Shown: piece after piece, positions 10,865 to 22,548 of the stretch | Numbering within the stretch: the stretch's first letter is position 1 | Layout: every line of letters begins with the position of its first letter | Assembly (NCBI GenBank): GCA_022798335.1 | Contig: JAAWMH010000009.1 | Location: 604 to 64,603 of the forward strand | Direction of reading: 5' to 3' | Source of the DNA: Clostridia bacterium | GTDB lineage: Bacteria > Bacillota > Clostridia > TANB77 > CAG-508 | Length of the DNA: 64,000 nt | The notes under the pieces: model-generated | Databases searched by the model: none | Told to the model about the DNA's origin: nothing | Seen by the model: the letters and a program-made list of their open reading frames with translations, nothing else | Program-made: the position numbers and the translations under genes

Positions 10865-12601
10865 ATGGAAAATGAAATTTTAAAAGAATACATGCTACTA
10901 GCTTTTTCAGATACAGAATTAAGAAAATATTTAGATGATAATATATTAAAAACCTTATCTGAATGGAAAAAGGATGATGAAGCGGTATTTAAAAAATTAA
11001 CATTAGCAGAATTAATTATTAGCATATATGGAGTAAATATATTAAAAGATAATGAATTTAGGAAAAAATTGTTAAAGAGTTTTAAAGAAGAAGAAATTAA
11101 TAGCTTTAAAGAACTATTGCCTAAAAAATATAGACAAGAAACAGATCTTAATGAATTAAGAAGAGTTATTAGTAAACAACAATGGAAAAAGTCAGAAGTA
11201 ACAAAGCATTTTTTAGAGATATTAGGGTATTCAGAAGAAATGGTATTCGAAGATCAAGAAGATATGATTACAGCAATTAATAAAATAGAATCTTATGAAG
11301 AATTTTATGAGTTATTAGATTATCAATATATTATAAAACAAAAGGCATTAACAAAGTTAGAAAAAGATCCAGGAGCAGAAATGCTAATTCATATGCCTAC
11401 TGGAACAGGGAAAACAAAAACAGCAACACATCTAGTAACACAATATTATAATTATAACTTACATAAAAAAGGGCTTATTGTTTGGATTGCACATACAGAA
11501 GAGCTATTAGAGCAAGCATATGAAACATTTGAAAAAGTATGGAGACATATTGGAAATGGAAAAATAAAGACTTTTAGAATGTATGGTGATTACAACATAA
11601 CTCTAGAAGAAGAACTATCAGGATTTATGATATGTGGGATTCATAAATTAGAAAGGATATATGCTAACAATAAAGAACTATTTCAAAAAATAAAAGAAAA
11701 TACAAGACTAATTGTTTATGATGAAGCACATAAGGCAGGAGCACCAAAAAGTAAAGAAGTAATAAAAGAAATGATATTAGCCAAAGGAAACATGGCAGAA
11801 AGAGCACTTATAGGACTATCGGCTACTCCAGGAAGAAAAAGTGGAATTAGTTTTGATAATGATTTATTAGTATCGATGTTTGGAAATAGTAAAATAGAAA
11901 TAGAACCATATTTAATGAACTATGTTAATTATTCAGAAGAAGAAGCATTAAATATGGAATATACAAAAGATATTATAAAATACTTTCAAGAAAGGAAAGT
12001 TTTAGCAAAACTAGTAAAAGAGGAATTAACATATAAGCAAGAATTTACAAAAGAAGAATTGAAGCAAATAAAAGATCATATCATAGAGGCAGGATATGAA
12101 GAAAAAGACTTTTCAGATAAAGAATTAGAAATACTAGGAAAAAATAGAAATAGAAACTTAAAGATAGTACAAAGACTAATCGAATTAAATAGTGAGAAAA
12201 AACCAACAATAGTATTTGCATGTTCAGTACAACATGCAAGACTATTATCTGCAATGTTAAAGTTAGAAAATGTACCGAATGTATTAATTGTAGGGGAAAT
12301 GAATCCTGCTGAAAGAAGAATGGCAATAAAAAAATTCAAAAGCAAAGAAAATGACATTAACATAATCATAAATTACGGAGTTTTAACAACAGGATTTGAT
12401 TCAACAAATATTCAATGTGTGTTTATAGCAAGGCCAACTCAATCTATTGTATTATATAGTCAAATGATAGGTAGAGGACTAAGAGGACCTAAGATGGGTG
12501 GAAATGAGGAATGTTTGTTAATTGATGTAAAAGATAATCTAAATATTTATGACGAACACATGGCTTTTTCAAAATTTGATAACTATTGGAAAATAATATA
12601 A
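10865..12601 (+). CDS. SF2 DEAH helicase (ResIII-like)
   Basis: MPTGTGKT, DEAH, SATPGR, LTTGFD, QMIGRGLRG. Confidence 0.9.
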   Translation: MENEILKEYMLLAFSDTELRKYLDDNILKTLSEWKKDDEAVFKKLTLAELIISIYGVNILKDNEFRKKLLKSFKEEEINSFKELLPKKYRQETDLNELRRVISKQQWKKSEVTKHFLEILGYSEEMVFEDQEDMITAINKIESYEEFYELLDYQYIIKQKALTKLEKDPGAEMLIHMPTGTGKTKTATHLVTQYYNYNLHKKGLIVWIAHTEELLEQAYETFEKVWRHIGNGKIKTFRMYGDYNITLEEELSGFMICGIHKLERIYANNKELFQKIKENTRLIVYDEAHKAGAPKSKEVIKEMILAKGNMAERALIGLSATPGRKSGISFDNDLLVSMFGNSKIEIEPYLMNYVNYSEEEALNMEYTKDIIKYFQERKVLAKLVKEELTYKQEFTKEELKQIKDHIIEAGYEEKDFSDKELEILGKNRNRNLKIVQRLIELNSEKKPTIVFACSVQHARLLSAMLKLENVPNVLIVGEMNPAERRMAIKKFKSKENDINIIINYGVLTTGFDSTNIQCVFIARPTQSIVLYSQMIGRGLRGPKMGGNEECLLIDVKDNLNIYDEHMAFSKFDNYWKII

Positions 12602-12616
12602 AAAAGGAGAGCAATC

Positions 12617-14431
12617 ATGGGAAAAAAATTAGTAAAAGTATCAGCAATGACAGATGCTTTAAGAAATACAGGATATAAAAGTATAGAATCAGCAATGTCT
12701 GAAATAATTGATAATTCAATACAATGGAACGCTAGTAATGTATTTGTAATTGCATCAGCAACAAGAGATACCAAAATGACAGGTAGAAAAAGAGTAGAAG
12801 AAATTGCCTTTTTAGATAATGGAACAGGGATGAGTACAGAAATATTATCAGGATGTTTAAGCTATGGAGAAACAGAAAATTATGACAGAAAAGGAATGGG
12901 AAGATTTGGAGTAGGATTACCACAATCCTCTATGTATGCATGTACTTTAGTAGAAGTATATTCATGGCAAAATGGAGATCATGGTAAAATAGAAGCACAA
13001 AAAGTTTTTTTAGATATTAATAAAATAAGAAGCGGAGAAACAGATGAAATAGATGACCCAGTAAAATGTGAAATACCAGAAAAATATAAAAAATATTTGA
13101 CATATAAAGTAAAAGAAGCAGAGAAAATAAAAGAATATAATTTTTTAGAACATGGGACTCTAGTTATATGGAAAAACTGTGACCGCATTAATCCAAAAAC
13201 AGTAAATCCTTTATTTAAAAGATTACAATTTGAGTTAGGAAAAAGATTTCGTTACTTTATTTGTGATGGAAGTAGAGAAATAAAATTGATATATCATGAA
13301 AATCCACAGGTTACAGGAAATGTTATGCCCAATGACCCATTAATGCTAATGGAAAATAATATGGTGTTAGGAAACCCTGAATGTCCAGGAGAAATAGTAT
13401 ATCCAATAGGAAAAAAAGAAAATGCAGAGCCAATATTTGAGCCATATGGAAATGAAGAACACCCCGATGGAGTAGTGAAACAAAAAGTAAAATATGTTTC
13501 ACCAGATAACGAGGAAATAAAAGAAGGAATTGTAACAATTAAATTTTCTAAAGTAAAAGACAAATTTTACGATAGAATAGCACTTCCAACTACTGATCCA
13601 GGAGATACTCAAATAGGGAAACATGTAAAAGAACTAGAAGGAATATCAATTGTAAGAGCCAAAAGAGAAATAGACTTTAATAAATTTGATTTTTATGATA
13701 ATATCAACAGCCCACAACACAGGTGGTGGGGATGTGAAATAAGTTTTGAACCAGAATTAGATGAAGCATTCGGTGTTGCAAACAATAAACAACATGTAGA
13801 ATTAAAATATGAAGACTATACAGCTTATGAAGATGAAGAGGTAAAACCAATATGGATACAAATACAAAGTGTAGTTTCAAATACAATTAGTGAAATGCAC
13901 AGGAAAAATAAAGAAAAAAGAAAAGGAACAAGAAATGTAGGAGCACAAGAGGATTCTACAAAATATACAAATGATGTTGAAAAACAATATGAAGCAGAAG
14001 GAGAAAAAAGCGAAACAACAAATAAGAAAAACTCAATGAATGAAGATGAAAGAAAGGAAAAAATAAAAGAAGAATTACAAAAAGAAGGAATAGAAGTAAC
14101 AGAAGAAAATGTTTCTGAATATATGGACTTACATGTAAAAATTATTTATAAAGGATTAGGAAAATTTGGAACACCATTATTCGATTATAATAACGAATTA
14201 GGAACCTGTATTATAATAATTAATACAGATCATATCTTTTATAAATCTTATTTAGAAAGCGTATTTGAAAATATAGATACAAAAATAGCATTTGAATTTT
14301 TTATTACAGCATTTGTAAAAGCAACAGATGTAACAAATCCAGGACAAGTAATGCAAAATGATAAACTAATAACTACTTGGAATGAAAGGTTAAGAAAATA
14401 TGTTGAAAAACAACGAAGATATGGAGAGTAA
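12617..14431 (+). CDS. GHKL/MORC-like ATPase
   Basis: GY...SEIIDNS, DNGTGM, GRFGVGL, HGT; C-terminal coiled coil. Confidence 0.85.
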   Translation: MGKKLVKVSAMTDALRNTGYKSIESAMSEIIDNSIQWNASNVFVIASATRDTKMTGRKRVEEIAFLDNGTGMSTEILSGCLSYGETENYDRKGMGRFGVGLPQSSMYACTLVEVYSWQNGDHGKIEAQKVFLDINKIRSGETDEIDDPVKCEIPEKYKKYLTYKVKEAEKIKEYNFLEHGTLVIWKNCDRINPKTVNPLFKRLQFELGKRFRYFICDGSREIKLIYHENPQVTGNVMPNDPLMLMENNMVLGNPECPGEIVYPIGKKENAEPIFEPYGNEEHPDGVVKQKVKYVSPDNEEIKEGIVTIKFSKVKDKFYDRIALPTTDPGDTQIGKHVKELEGISIVRAKREIDFNKFDFYDNINSPQHRWWGCEISFEPELDEAFGVANNKQHVELKYEDYTAYEDEEVKPIWIQIQSVVSNTISEMHRKNKEKRKGTRNVGAQEDSTKYTNDVEKQYEAEGEKSETTNKKNSMNEDERKEKIKEELQKEGIEVTEENVSEYMDLHVKIIYKGLGKFGTPLFDYNNELGTCIIIINTDHIFYKSYLESVFENIDTKIAFEFFITAFVKATDVTNPGQVMQNDKLITTWNERLRKYVEKQRRYGE

Positions 14432-14433
14432 AA

Positions 14434-15336
14434 ATGAGCATACTAATTAGTGAAGATCTAAAAGAAAATTTAGCGCAAGATTTAAAACAAACAGAAAATA
14501 ATATAAGCATCATAACGGCATTTTGTAAAAAAGAAGCATTAGAATATATTGATAAACAGTTAAAAGATAAAGAGCATCTTACTAAAAGAATATTAGTAAG
14601 ATTTGAATTAGATGATATACTATCAAAAGCAACTGACTTAGAAATATATGATTATTGTAAAAACAACAATTGGAAATTATATGTACAATTCAACTTACAT
14701 GCCAAAGTATATAGTATAGACAAGAAAATTTGTTATATGGGAAGTGCAAATGCTACCAATAAAGGACTAAGCCTAAAAGGGCAAGGAAACTTAGAAATGA
14801 CAAAAAGATTTAAATTAGACGAAGAAGAAAAAATGCAAATAGAAAAAGTATTCTTTGATGCAATAGTAATAGATGATAAAATGTTTAATGAAATGAAACA
14901 ACAAGTTGAAACAACACCACACAAAATAGCAACTAGAAACCAATGGCGTAATGAAATTATTGAAAGAAATATAAAATCATATCAGATTTTATTTCAAGAT
15001 GATTTTCCAATTAACGATTCGCCAATACAAATGATAGAAGACGAAATATTCCTAAATATACATAAAGAAAATTCAATAGAAGAAATAAAAGAAAAATTTT
15101 ATCATACTAGAATTATACAATGGTTAGTTAATCTATTAGAAGCTCAAGAAAATAAAGAAATGTATTTTGGAGAATTATCTGAGAAAATACATAATAGTAT
15201 TTTTCAAGAACCAAAACAATATAGAAAAGATATAAAAATATTACAAACAAAATTATATAATTGGATAATAGCGTTAAATTACGATAATTTAAAGATTGAT
15301 ACACCAAATCATTCACAAAGAATAAGACTAATATAA
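14434..15336 (+). CDS. phospholipase D (HKD) family nuclease
   Basis: LHAKVYSIDKKICYMGSANAT, a single HxKxxxxD-GSxN motif. Confidence 0.85.
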   Translation: MSILISEDLKENLAQDLKQTENNISIITAFCKKEALEYIDKQLKDKEHLTKRILVRFELDDILSKATDLEIYDYCKNNNWKLYVQFNLHAKVYSIDKKICYMGSANATNKGLSLKGQGNLEMTKRFKLDEEEKMQIEKVFFDAIVIDDKMFNEMKQQVETTPHKIATRNQWRNEIIERNIKSYQILFQDDFPINDSPIQMIEDEIFLNIHKENSIEEIKEKFYHTRIIQWLVNLLEAQENKEMYFGELSEKIHNSIFQEPKQYRKDIKILQTKLYNWIIALNYDNLKIDTPNHSQRIRLI

Positions 15337-15341
15337 AAAAT

Positions 15342-15917
15342 ATGATACAGCAAAAACTAAATCAATTATATAATGAATGTATAAAAGAACTTCAAAGCAT
15401 AAATATTGACATGCAAGACGAAAAAATAGTAGGAAAAATAGAAATCAAAATTTCAAAAAGAGCAAATAAAAGATACGGATGCTGCAAACAAGAAAATCCA
15501 GATCCAAATTATAAAACAATACAAAAAAGAAGAAATATACACTATGAAAGATTTCAAAATCACTATATAGAAATAAGCAGCTGGGTCATGCAATTAAATG
15601 ATAATATTATAAAAAATACAATCATACATGAATTAATCCATTGTATACCATATTGTAATAATCATAAAGCAGAATTTAAAAAATATGCAAAATATATTAA
15701 CCAAAACTTAGGATATCAAATTACAACAAGAGGCAACAAAAAACAAGATTATCAAGCAAGTAATCTTGAATATGAAGAAGAAGAGAATTACAAATACAAA
15801 ATAAAATGCACTAAATGTGAGCAAGTTATTTATAGAAAAAGGTTTAACAGTAATCTAATAAAAAAATATCGATGTGGAAAATGTGGTGGCAAATTACAAC
15901 TAATAGAGAAAAAATAG
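15342..15917 (+). CDS. SprT-like zinc metalloprotease with Zn ribbon
   Basis: IIHELIH, CTKC...CGKCGG. Confidence 0.85.
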   Translation: MIQQKLNQLYNECIKELQSINIDMQDEKIVGKIEIKISKRANKRYGCCKQENPDPNYKTIQKRRNIHYERFQNHYIEISSWVMQLNDNIIKNTIIHELIHCIPYCNNHKAEFKKYAKYINQNLGYQITTRGNKKQDYQASNLEYEEEENYKYKIKCTKCEQVIYRKRFNSNLIKKYRCGKCGGKLQLIEKK

Positions 15918-15951
15918 CAATGATAGAAAAAATAAAATCATTGCTATTTTT
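15910..15951 (+). terminator. intrinsic terminator
   Basis: aaaaatagcaatgat / atcattgctattttt inverted repeat. Confidence 0.7.
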
Positions 15952-16246
15952 ATAAGGAAAAAGATTATTATTAAGAGAATTTCTACTAAATAAATAGCCA
16001 AAGAATAAATGTAAAACACTAAAAGAAGCATGGTAAAAATAATCTTAACTTTACATAATGATATCATAAAAACGTTGTCGAAAGCTGTAGAAAATTGTCA
16101 ATTTGGATAAAAAACAGAAAAAATTTCCAAAAAATGGATAAGAACACTTGAAATTTAAGAAAAAATCAAGTATAGTATAAATAGTTTTAAATCAAAAATA
16201 TTTTATTCAAAAAATTTAAACTCGAAAAAATTCAAAGGAGTAAAAA

Positions 16247-17780
16247 ATGTTATCAATTACAAAAACAATAGCCTTATATGGATTAGAAGGCTTTTTAGTT
16301 GACGTACAAGTAGACATATCATCAGGAATGCCATCTTGGAATATTGTAGGACTTCCAGATGCAAGTGTAAAAGAAGCACAAGAAAGAATAAAAACAGCCA
16401 TCAAAAATTCAGGGTATGAACTATTTAGCAGAAAAATAGTTATTAATCTAGCACCAGCAACAATCAGAAAAGAAGGATCTATGTTTGACCTGCCAATAGC
16501 AATTGGCATACTAAGAAGTTTAGACATTATAAATAATCCAAATCTAGAAAATACTATTTTTATTGGAGAACTCTCATTAAATGGAAACTTAAATCCGATA
16601 AGTGGAGCACTCCCCATTTGTATAGAAGCTAAAAAATTAGGAATTAAAAGAATAATTATGCCAAAACAAAACCAGCAAGAAGCCTCTATTTTATCAGGAG
16701 TCGAAATTATAGGAGCATACGATTTAAGCCAAGTTGTCTACTACTTAAATGGAAATATAAAAATTCAAAGTATAAAAACAAATTGGGAAGAATATTTAAA
16801 AAAAAGAAAAGCATATGCTCTAGATTTTTCAGAAGTAAAAGGACAAGAAAATGTAAAAAGAGCAATAGAAATTGCAGCAGCAGGAAGCCATAACTGTGTA
16901 TTAATTGGAAGTCCACGGTTGTGGCAAAACTATGATAGCACAAAGAATACCAACTATTTTGCCAGAACTTACTTTTGAAGAAGCATTAGAAATTACAAAA
17001 ATTCATAGTATAGCAGGAATACTAAAAGAAAATAATCAAATTATTACAACAAGGCCGTTCCGTCATCCGCACCATACGATATCTGCTATTTCATTAGTAG
17101 GAGGAGGCAAAACACCAAAACCAGGAGAAATTAGTTTAGCACATTATGGTGTTCTATTTTTAGATGAGCTTCTAGAATTTAATAAACATACATTAGAACT
17201 TTTAAGAGGACCATTAGAAGATGGAGATATTACAATTAATAGAGTAAATGGAACATTAACATATCCATGCAAGTTTATGTTTGTAACTTCAATGAATCCA
17301 TGTCCATGTGGCTATTATGGTTCAAATGATAAAGAATGTATTTGTACACCACAAGCCATTTCAAAATATATGGCAAAAATAAGTGGACCATTATTAGACA
17401 GAATAGATATTCAAATAGAAGTAAATTCAGTAAAATATGAAAAATTAGAAAGTAAAGAACTACCAGAAACATCAGAACAAATAAAAAAACGAGTAAATGA
17501 AGCAAGGAAAATACAACAAGAAAGATACAAACAAGAAAAAATTTACTCTAATTCTAGCCTAACCCCAAGACTAATAGAAAAATATTGCAAAATAGATAAT
17601 AATTGTAAAGCATTATTAGAAGTAGCTTTCAAAAAGTTAGGGTTAAGTGCAAGAGCATACGGAAGAATTTTAAAAGTAGCAAGAACAATAGCAGACTTAA
17701 GTAAATCAGAAAATATTCAAAAAGCACATATAGCAGAAGCTATACAATACAGAAATTTAGATAAAAAATATGGGAAGTGA
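16247..17780 (+). CDS. comM: ComM/YifB Mg-chelatase-like AAA+ ATPase, ~510 aa via a +1 shift at CGG 16916
   Basis: VGLPD, NLAPA, GELSLNG; Walker A GSP-G-CGKT restored by skipping C16916; PFRHPHH, LFLDE, SARAY. Confidence 0.9.
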
Positions 17781-18624
17781 TAAAAATAGAAATTATAAAA
17801 CAAAATCATAACAATTATCCAGAACAACTATTACAAATAGAAAATCCACCGAAAAAACTCTATGTAGAAGGAGAAAGTAAACTACTAAAGCAAGAAATGA
17901 TAGCAATTGTAGGAAGCAGAAATGCAACAGAATACGGAAAAAAATATGCAGGCATTTTTGCTAAACAATTAGCCAAAGAGAACATTACCATAATAAGTGG
18001 ACTGGCCAAACGGAATAGATAGCATAGCGCATATGTATTCTATGGAAGAAAAAGGAAAAACAATAGCGGTTATTCGGAACAGGAATAAACCATATTACAC
18101 CAAAAGAAAATGAATATTTATATCAGAAAATCATTCAAAATGGAGGATGTGTTATATCAGAATATCCGCCAGAAACAAGAGAAAATAAAGCAAATTATCC
18201 AAGAAGAAATAGAATGATAAGTGGACTGGCAATGGGAGTATTAGTAATAGAAGCAAGGTATAGAAGCGGAAGCACTATTACAGCAAATTTAGCAATAAAG
18301 CAAAAAAAAGAAGTATTTTGTATACCACACAATTTAGGAGAAAAAACAGGCTATGGAGTCAATAAACTAATACAAAAAGGAGCTAATTTAGTAATAACTC
18401 CGCAAGATATATTAGATTTTTTTGTCACAGAAAAAATAGAAGAAAAACAAGTACCACAACAATATCAAAAAATATATGAACAAATAGGACAACTTCCCAT
18501 AACAGCAAATGAATTATCAAACCGAACAAACAAAACAATAGCACAAACGATAGAAGAATTAACAATGTTAGAAATACAAGGATATATAAAGCTACTTCCA
18601 GGAAACAAATATATAAGAAAGTAA
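17777..18624 (+). CDS. dprA: DNA processing protein DprA, ~281 aa via +1 shifts at CGG 18011 and 18075
   Basis: AIVGSR, SGLAK-G-ID, IAVI-G-TG, YPRRNRMISGL, EA..RSGS; C-terminal winged helix. Confidence 0.9.
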
Positions 18625-18632
18625 GGAAAAAA

Positions 18633-18986
18633 ATGAATCCAAAACAAAATTTAGGAAAACAAGGAGAAGAATATGCTGCCCAATATTTACAAACACAAGG
18701 ATACCAAATAATCGAAAAAAATTTTAGATGTAAGCAAGGAGAAATAGATATTATTGCAAAAGATAAAAAAGAATATGTATTTGTAGAAGTAAAAACAAGA
18801 ACAAGCCTGCAATATGGCATGCCAAGAGAAGCTGTAAATAGTAAAAAGCAAAAACATATATGGAATGCTACAAAATATTATCTATATAAAAATAAGCTAG
18901 AGAATAAATTTATTAGATTTGATGTTATCGAAATCTATCAAAAACAAGAAAAAGTTTATATAAATCATATCAAGCAAATCATGTAA
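18633..18986 (+). CDS. yraN: YraN family endonuclease
   Basis: GKQGE, NFRCKQGEIDIIA, FVEVKTR, RFDV. Confidence 0.9.
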   Translation: MNPKQNLGKQGEEYAAQYLQTQGYQIIEKNFRCKQGEIDIIAKDKKEYVFVEVKTRTSLQYGMPREAVNSKKQKHIWNATKYYLYKNKLENKFIRFDVIEIYQKQEKVYINHIKQIM

Positions 18987-19012
18987 ACAAGTTACAGAAA
19001 GTAAGCTGTAAC

Positions 19013-19216
19013 TTATTTATCCTTTTCTATATCTTCCCTATTAGCCATAGCATATTCAATACAATTTAAAATAAGAGTATTCATAGAAATATTATGTTTA
19101 TTAGAATATAAAGAAATTTCGTTGTGTAACGACTCAGGAAGCCTTAAAGTAAATTTAATATCTACATTTTTAAAATTTTCTGGTTTAAATTTTTCTAAAC
19201 TCATCATATCACCCAC
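19013..19216 (-). CDS. Arc/ribbon-helix-helix DNA-binding protein (start uncertain, possibly 19207 or 19204)
   Basis: FTLRLPESLH...ISMNTLI. Confidence 0.7.
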   Translation of the reverse strand: MGDMMSLEKFKPENFKNVDIKFTLRLPESLHNEISLYSNKHNISMNTLILNCIEYAMANREDIEKDK

Positions 19217-19399
19217 ATATAATGATACCTATTTTTAACTTTTATAAACACCATTAAAAAAATGATGTTGACTTATGAGGTCTGCAAAAATAATACGAAA
19301 ACAGTAACGAAAAAACAACAATGCCCAAAATGTTAAACAAAAATTTAACATTTTGAGGTGTATTTTTTATGATATAATATGAAAAAAGGAGAAAAAACA

Positions 19400-19861
19400 A
19401 TGAAAGCAAGCTATACTTATTCTACTAAAATAGGAGAAATAACAATCACAGAAGAAAATCAAAAAATTATAGAAGTAAAATTAGGAAAAGCAGATAATAG
19501 AGAAATTAAAGAAACAAAACTAATAAAACAAACTTACGAGCAAATAGAAGAATATTTAGAAGAAAAAAGAACAAAATTTACCATACCAATTAGCTTAAAA
19601 GGAACTACTTTTAGAAAAAAAGTATGGGAAGCATTACTTACTATTCCTTATGGAAAAACAAATAGTTATCAAGAAATAGCACGAAAAATAGGAAATCCAA
19701 AAGCATGCAGAGCAGTAGGAATGGCAAATCACTATAATCCAATTATCATAATAGTACCATGCCATAGGGTTATTGGAAAAAATGGTAAGCTAGTAGGCTA
19801 TGGGGGAGGGCTAGACATAAAAGAAAAGTTATTAGAAATAGAAAACAAAGCGAAATATTAA
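19400..19861 (+). CDS. ogt: methylated-DNA--protein-cysteine methyltransferase
   Basis: IPYG, RAVG, PCHRV; RBS aaggag. Confidence 0.92.
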   Translation: MKASYTYSTKIGEITITEENQKIIEVKLGKADNREIKETKLIKQTYEQIEEYLEEKRTKFTIPISLKGTTFRKKVWEALLTIPYGKTNSYQEIARKIGNPKACRAVGMANHYNPIIIIVPCHRVIGKNGKLVGYGGGLDIKEKLLEIENKAKY

Positions 19862-19895
19862 AAAAGACACCCGGTTAGTAGGTATCTTTTAAAAC

Positions 19896-20108
19896 TTAAG
19901 AGTCAATTACAGTTAAGACCAGCTTTTTTACGACAAACTCTTTTTGAGCTTCCTGCGTAAATTCAGAACGAACGTAAAGACTTGCCTCAGCCTGGCTTTT
20001 AAATTGTTTAGCACGCAAAACCTGGTCAGTGTATTCTTTGACGCCATCGTTTGACAAGTAAAGCTCATTGGTAATATTAAGAATAATAAACAAATTCCCA
20101 GCTTTCAT
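19896..20108 (-). CDS. hypothetical small protein
   Basis: RBS GGAGG before MKAGNLF; 70 aa. Confidence 0.5.
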   Translation of the reverse strand: MKAGNLFIILNITNELYLSNDGVKEYTDQVLRAKQFKSQAEASLYVRSEFTQEAQKEFVVKKLVLTVIDS

Positions 20109-20296
20109 TAAAAATAACCTCCAGTTGATAGTTAAAATTGCATGATAGCTAACCTCTAACATGCTAAACAAAAGTAAACATAAACAGTAAACAAAAATCC
20201 ACATAAAGTTCAAGAAAAAAATAAAATTACCAGTAACAAATCAAAAAAGAAAGGATAAAATATAATAAAAGAAAACAAAAAGGAGAGAAAAAAGAC

Positions 20297-21256
20297 ATGT
20301 TAAAAATAATTGGGAATACACCAATGATAAAAATAAAGTATCGATATCAAGAAAAAATAAACTACATATATGCCAAATTAGAAAGCTACAATTTAACAGG
20401 AAGTATTAAAGATAGAACTGCATACTATATTATTACAAAAGCAAAGCAACGAGGAAATCTAAAGCCAGGAATGCCAATCATAGAAGCAACTAGCGGCAAT
20501 ACAGGAATTTCACTAGCAGCATTAGGAAAATATTTTAAACATCCAGTCTATATCTTTATGCCAGATTGGGTAAGTAAAGAAAGAAAACAACTTATACAAA
20601 GTTATGGAGCAAAAGTACAAACCTATTCACATAATCAAGGGGGATTTAAAAGATGCATTGAAGAAGCACGAAAATTAGCAATAAAAGAAAAAGGATTTTT
20701 AGCAAATCAATTTGCTAATCAAGACAATGTACTTGCACAATATGAAACAACAGGACAAGAAATTTTAAACCAAATGCCAGAAGAAATAGGAGGATTTGTA
20801 TCAGGAGTAGGAACAGGAGGAACATTAATAGGAATAGGAAAAAGAATCAAAAAACAATATTCCAATGCACAAATAACAGCAATAGAGCCAGACAGTATGC
20901 CTCTTATATCCAAAAATAAAATATATGGACCACATAAAATAGAAGGAATAGGAGATGACTTTGTACCAGCATTGGTGGATAAAAATATGATAGATAAAGT
21001 TATTTTAGTAAAAGATGAAGACGCTATTAATATGGCAAAAAAATTAGCAATGGAATTAGGACTAGGAGTAGGAATTTCATCAGGAGCAAATTTTTTAGGA
21101 AGTGCTTTGCTACAAATACAGCTAAAAATGCCAGTTGTTACAGTATTTGCAGATGACAATAAAAAATACTTAAGCACAGACTTAGGAAAAGAAATACAAA
21201 AAGAAAAGCCCTATATTTCTAATCAAATAGAATTATTAGAATATGAAGTGATATAA
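20297..21256 (+). CDS. cysK: cysteine synthase (PLP-dependent)
   Basis: IGNTP, KLE..N.TGSIKDR, EATSGNTG, GVGTGGT, HKIEGIG. Confidence 0.88.
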   Translation: MLKIIGNTPMIKIKYRYQEKINYIYAKLESYNLTGSIKDRTAYYIITKAKQRGNLKPGMPIIEATSGNTGISLAALGKYFKHPVYIFMPDWVSKERKQLIQSYGAKVQTYSHNQGGFKRCIEEARKLAIKEKGFLANQFANQDNVLAQYETTGQEILNQMPEEIGGFVSGVGTGGTLIGIGKRIKKQYSNAQITAIEPDSMPLISKNKIYGPHKIEGIGDDFVPALVDKNMIDKVILVKDEDAINMAKKLAMELGLGVGISSGANFLGSALLQIQLKMPVVTVFADDNKKYLSTDLGKEIQKEKPYISNQIELLEYEVI

Positions 21257-21322
21257 AAAAGAATAACAAAAACAAACTCCCCTCCATAAAATAATAGTAA
21301 ACAAATGGAAGGGAGTTTTTCT

Positions 21323-22528
21323 ATGTTAAAAAAAGTGTTTACCTTTTTAGTATCAATTCTATTATTAGTATATGTATTACCAACTCAAGTATTGGCATTT
21401 GGACCATCAGATGATAAAATCTATCAAGGAATTGATGTAAGTGGTTATCAAGGAGATATTGATTATGAAAAAGTAAAAAAAGATGGTATTGAAATTGTGT
21501 ACATAAAATCAAGTGAAGGCTTTAGCTATGTAGATTCACATTTTGAAAGAAATTATAGCAAAGCAAAAGAAAACGGACTAAAAATAGGATTTTATCACTA
21601 TGTAACAGCAAGAACAGAAGATGAAGCAAGAAGGCAAGCAAGCTTTTTTGTATCCACAATAAGCAAAAAAGTAGTAGACTGTAAATTAGCAATGGACTTT
21701 GAAAGCTTTGGAAGTTTAAGTAAAGAACAAATCAATAAAATAGGATTAGCATTTATTCAAAAAGTAGAAGAATTAAGTAAGAAAAAGGCAGTGGTATATA
21801 GTAATGCATATGCTGCAAGTAATACATGGGAAGGAGAAATTACAAAATACCCTTTATGGATAGCACAATATGAGGTAGATAAGCCACAAAATAATGGAAC
21901 ATGGAAAACTTGGGCAGGATGGCAATATACAGATGTAGGAAGAGTAGAAGGAATAGAAAATCATGTAGATAGAAACCACTTTACCAAAGAAATTTTTTTA
22001 GAATCTTCCGAAGAAATACCAGAAACACCAATACCAGAACAGCCAAAGCAACCATTAGCCATTACCATAAATTGGGGAGATACCCTATCTAAAATAGCTC
22101 TTGAATATGAGACAACAGTAGAAGAAATAGCAAGTCTAAATAACATTAAAAATCCAAACTTAATCTATGCAGGAGATAACCTAATCATACCAGGAAAAGA
22201 AAGGCAAGTAGAAACACAAGACTCACAAATTTATATTGTACAAAAAGGAGATACTCTAGCTAAAATTGCCATTATGTTTCAAACTAGTATAGAACAAATT
22301 GTAAAAGATAATCATATCAAAAATAGAAATTATATTTATGTAGGCCAAAGACTTATAATAAGAACGAAATGCCATTATGACTGTGGACATAGAATTTATA
22401 TAGTACAAAGAGGAGATACTTTATGGTCAATTGCAAGAAGATACAACACAACAATAGCAAATATTGTAAGATTAAATAGAATACAAAATCAAAATAATAT
22501 TAAACCAGGACAAATGTTTAGAATATAA
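21323..22528 (+). CDS. GH25 lysozyme with three LysM domains
   Basis: Signal peptide, GIDVS.YQG, MDFE, LWIAQY, WQYT; three GDTL..IA LysM repeats. Confidence 0.9.
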   Translation: MLKKVFTFLVSILLLVYVLPTQVLAFGPSDDKIYQGIDVSGYQGDIDYEKVKKDGIEIVYIKSSEGFSYVDSHFERNYSKAKENGLKIGFYHYVTARTEDEARRQASFFVSTISKKVVDCKLAMDFESFGSLSKEQINKIGLAFIQKVEELSKKKAVVYSNAYAASNTWEGEITKYPLWIAQYEVDKPQNNGTWKTWAGWQYTDVGRVEGIENHVDRNHFTKEIFLESSEEIPETPIPEQPKQPLAITINWGDTLSKIALEYETTVEEIASLNNIKNPNLIYAGDNLIIPGKERQVETQDSQIYIVQKGDTLAKIAIMFQTSIEQIVKDNHIKNRNYIYVGQRLIIRTKCHYDCGHRIYIVQRGDTLWSIARRYNTTIANIVRLNRIQNQNNIKPGQMFRI

Positions 22529-22548
22529 TCAGCTATAAGGAGTAAAAA

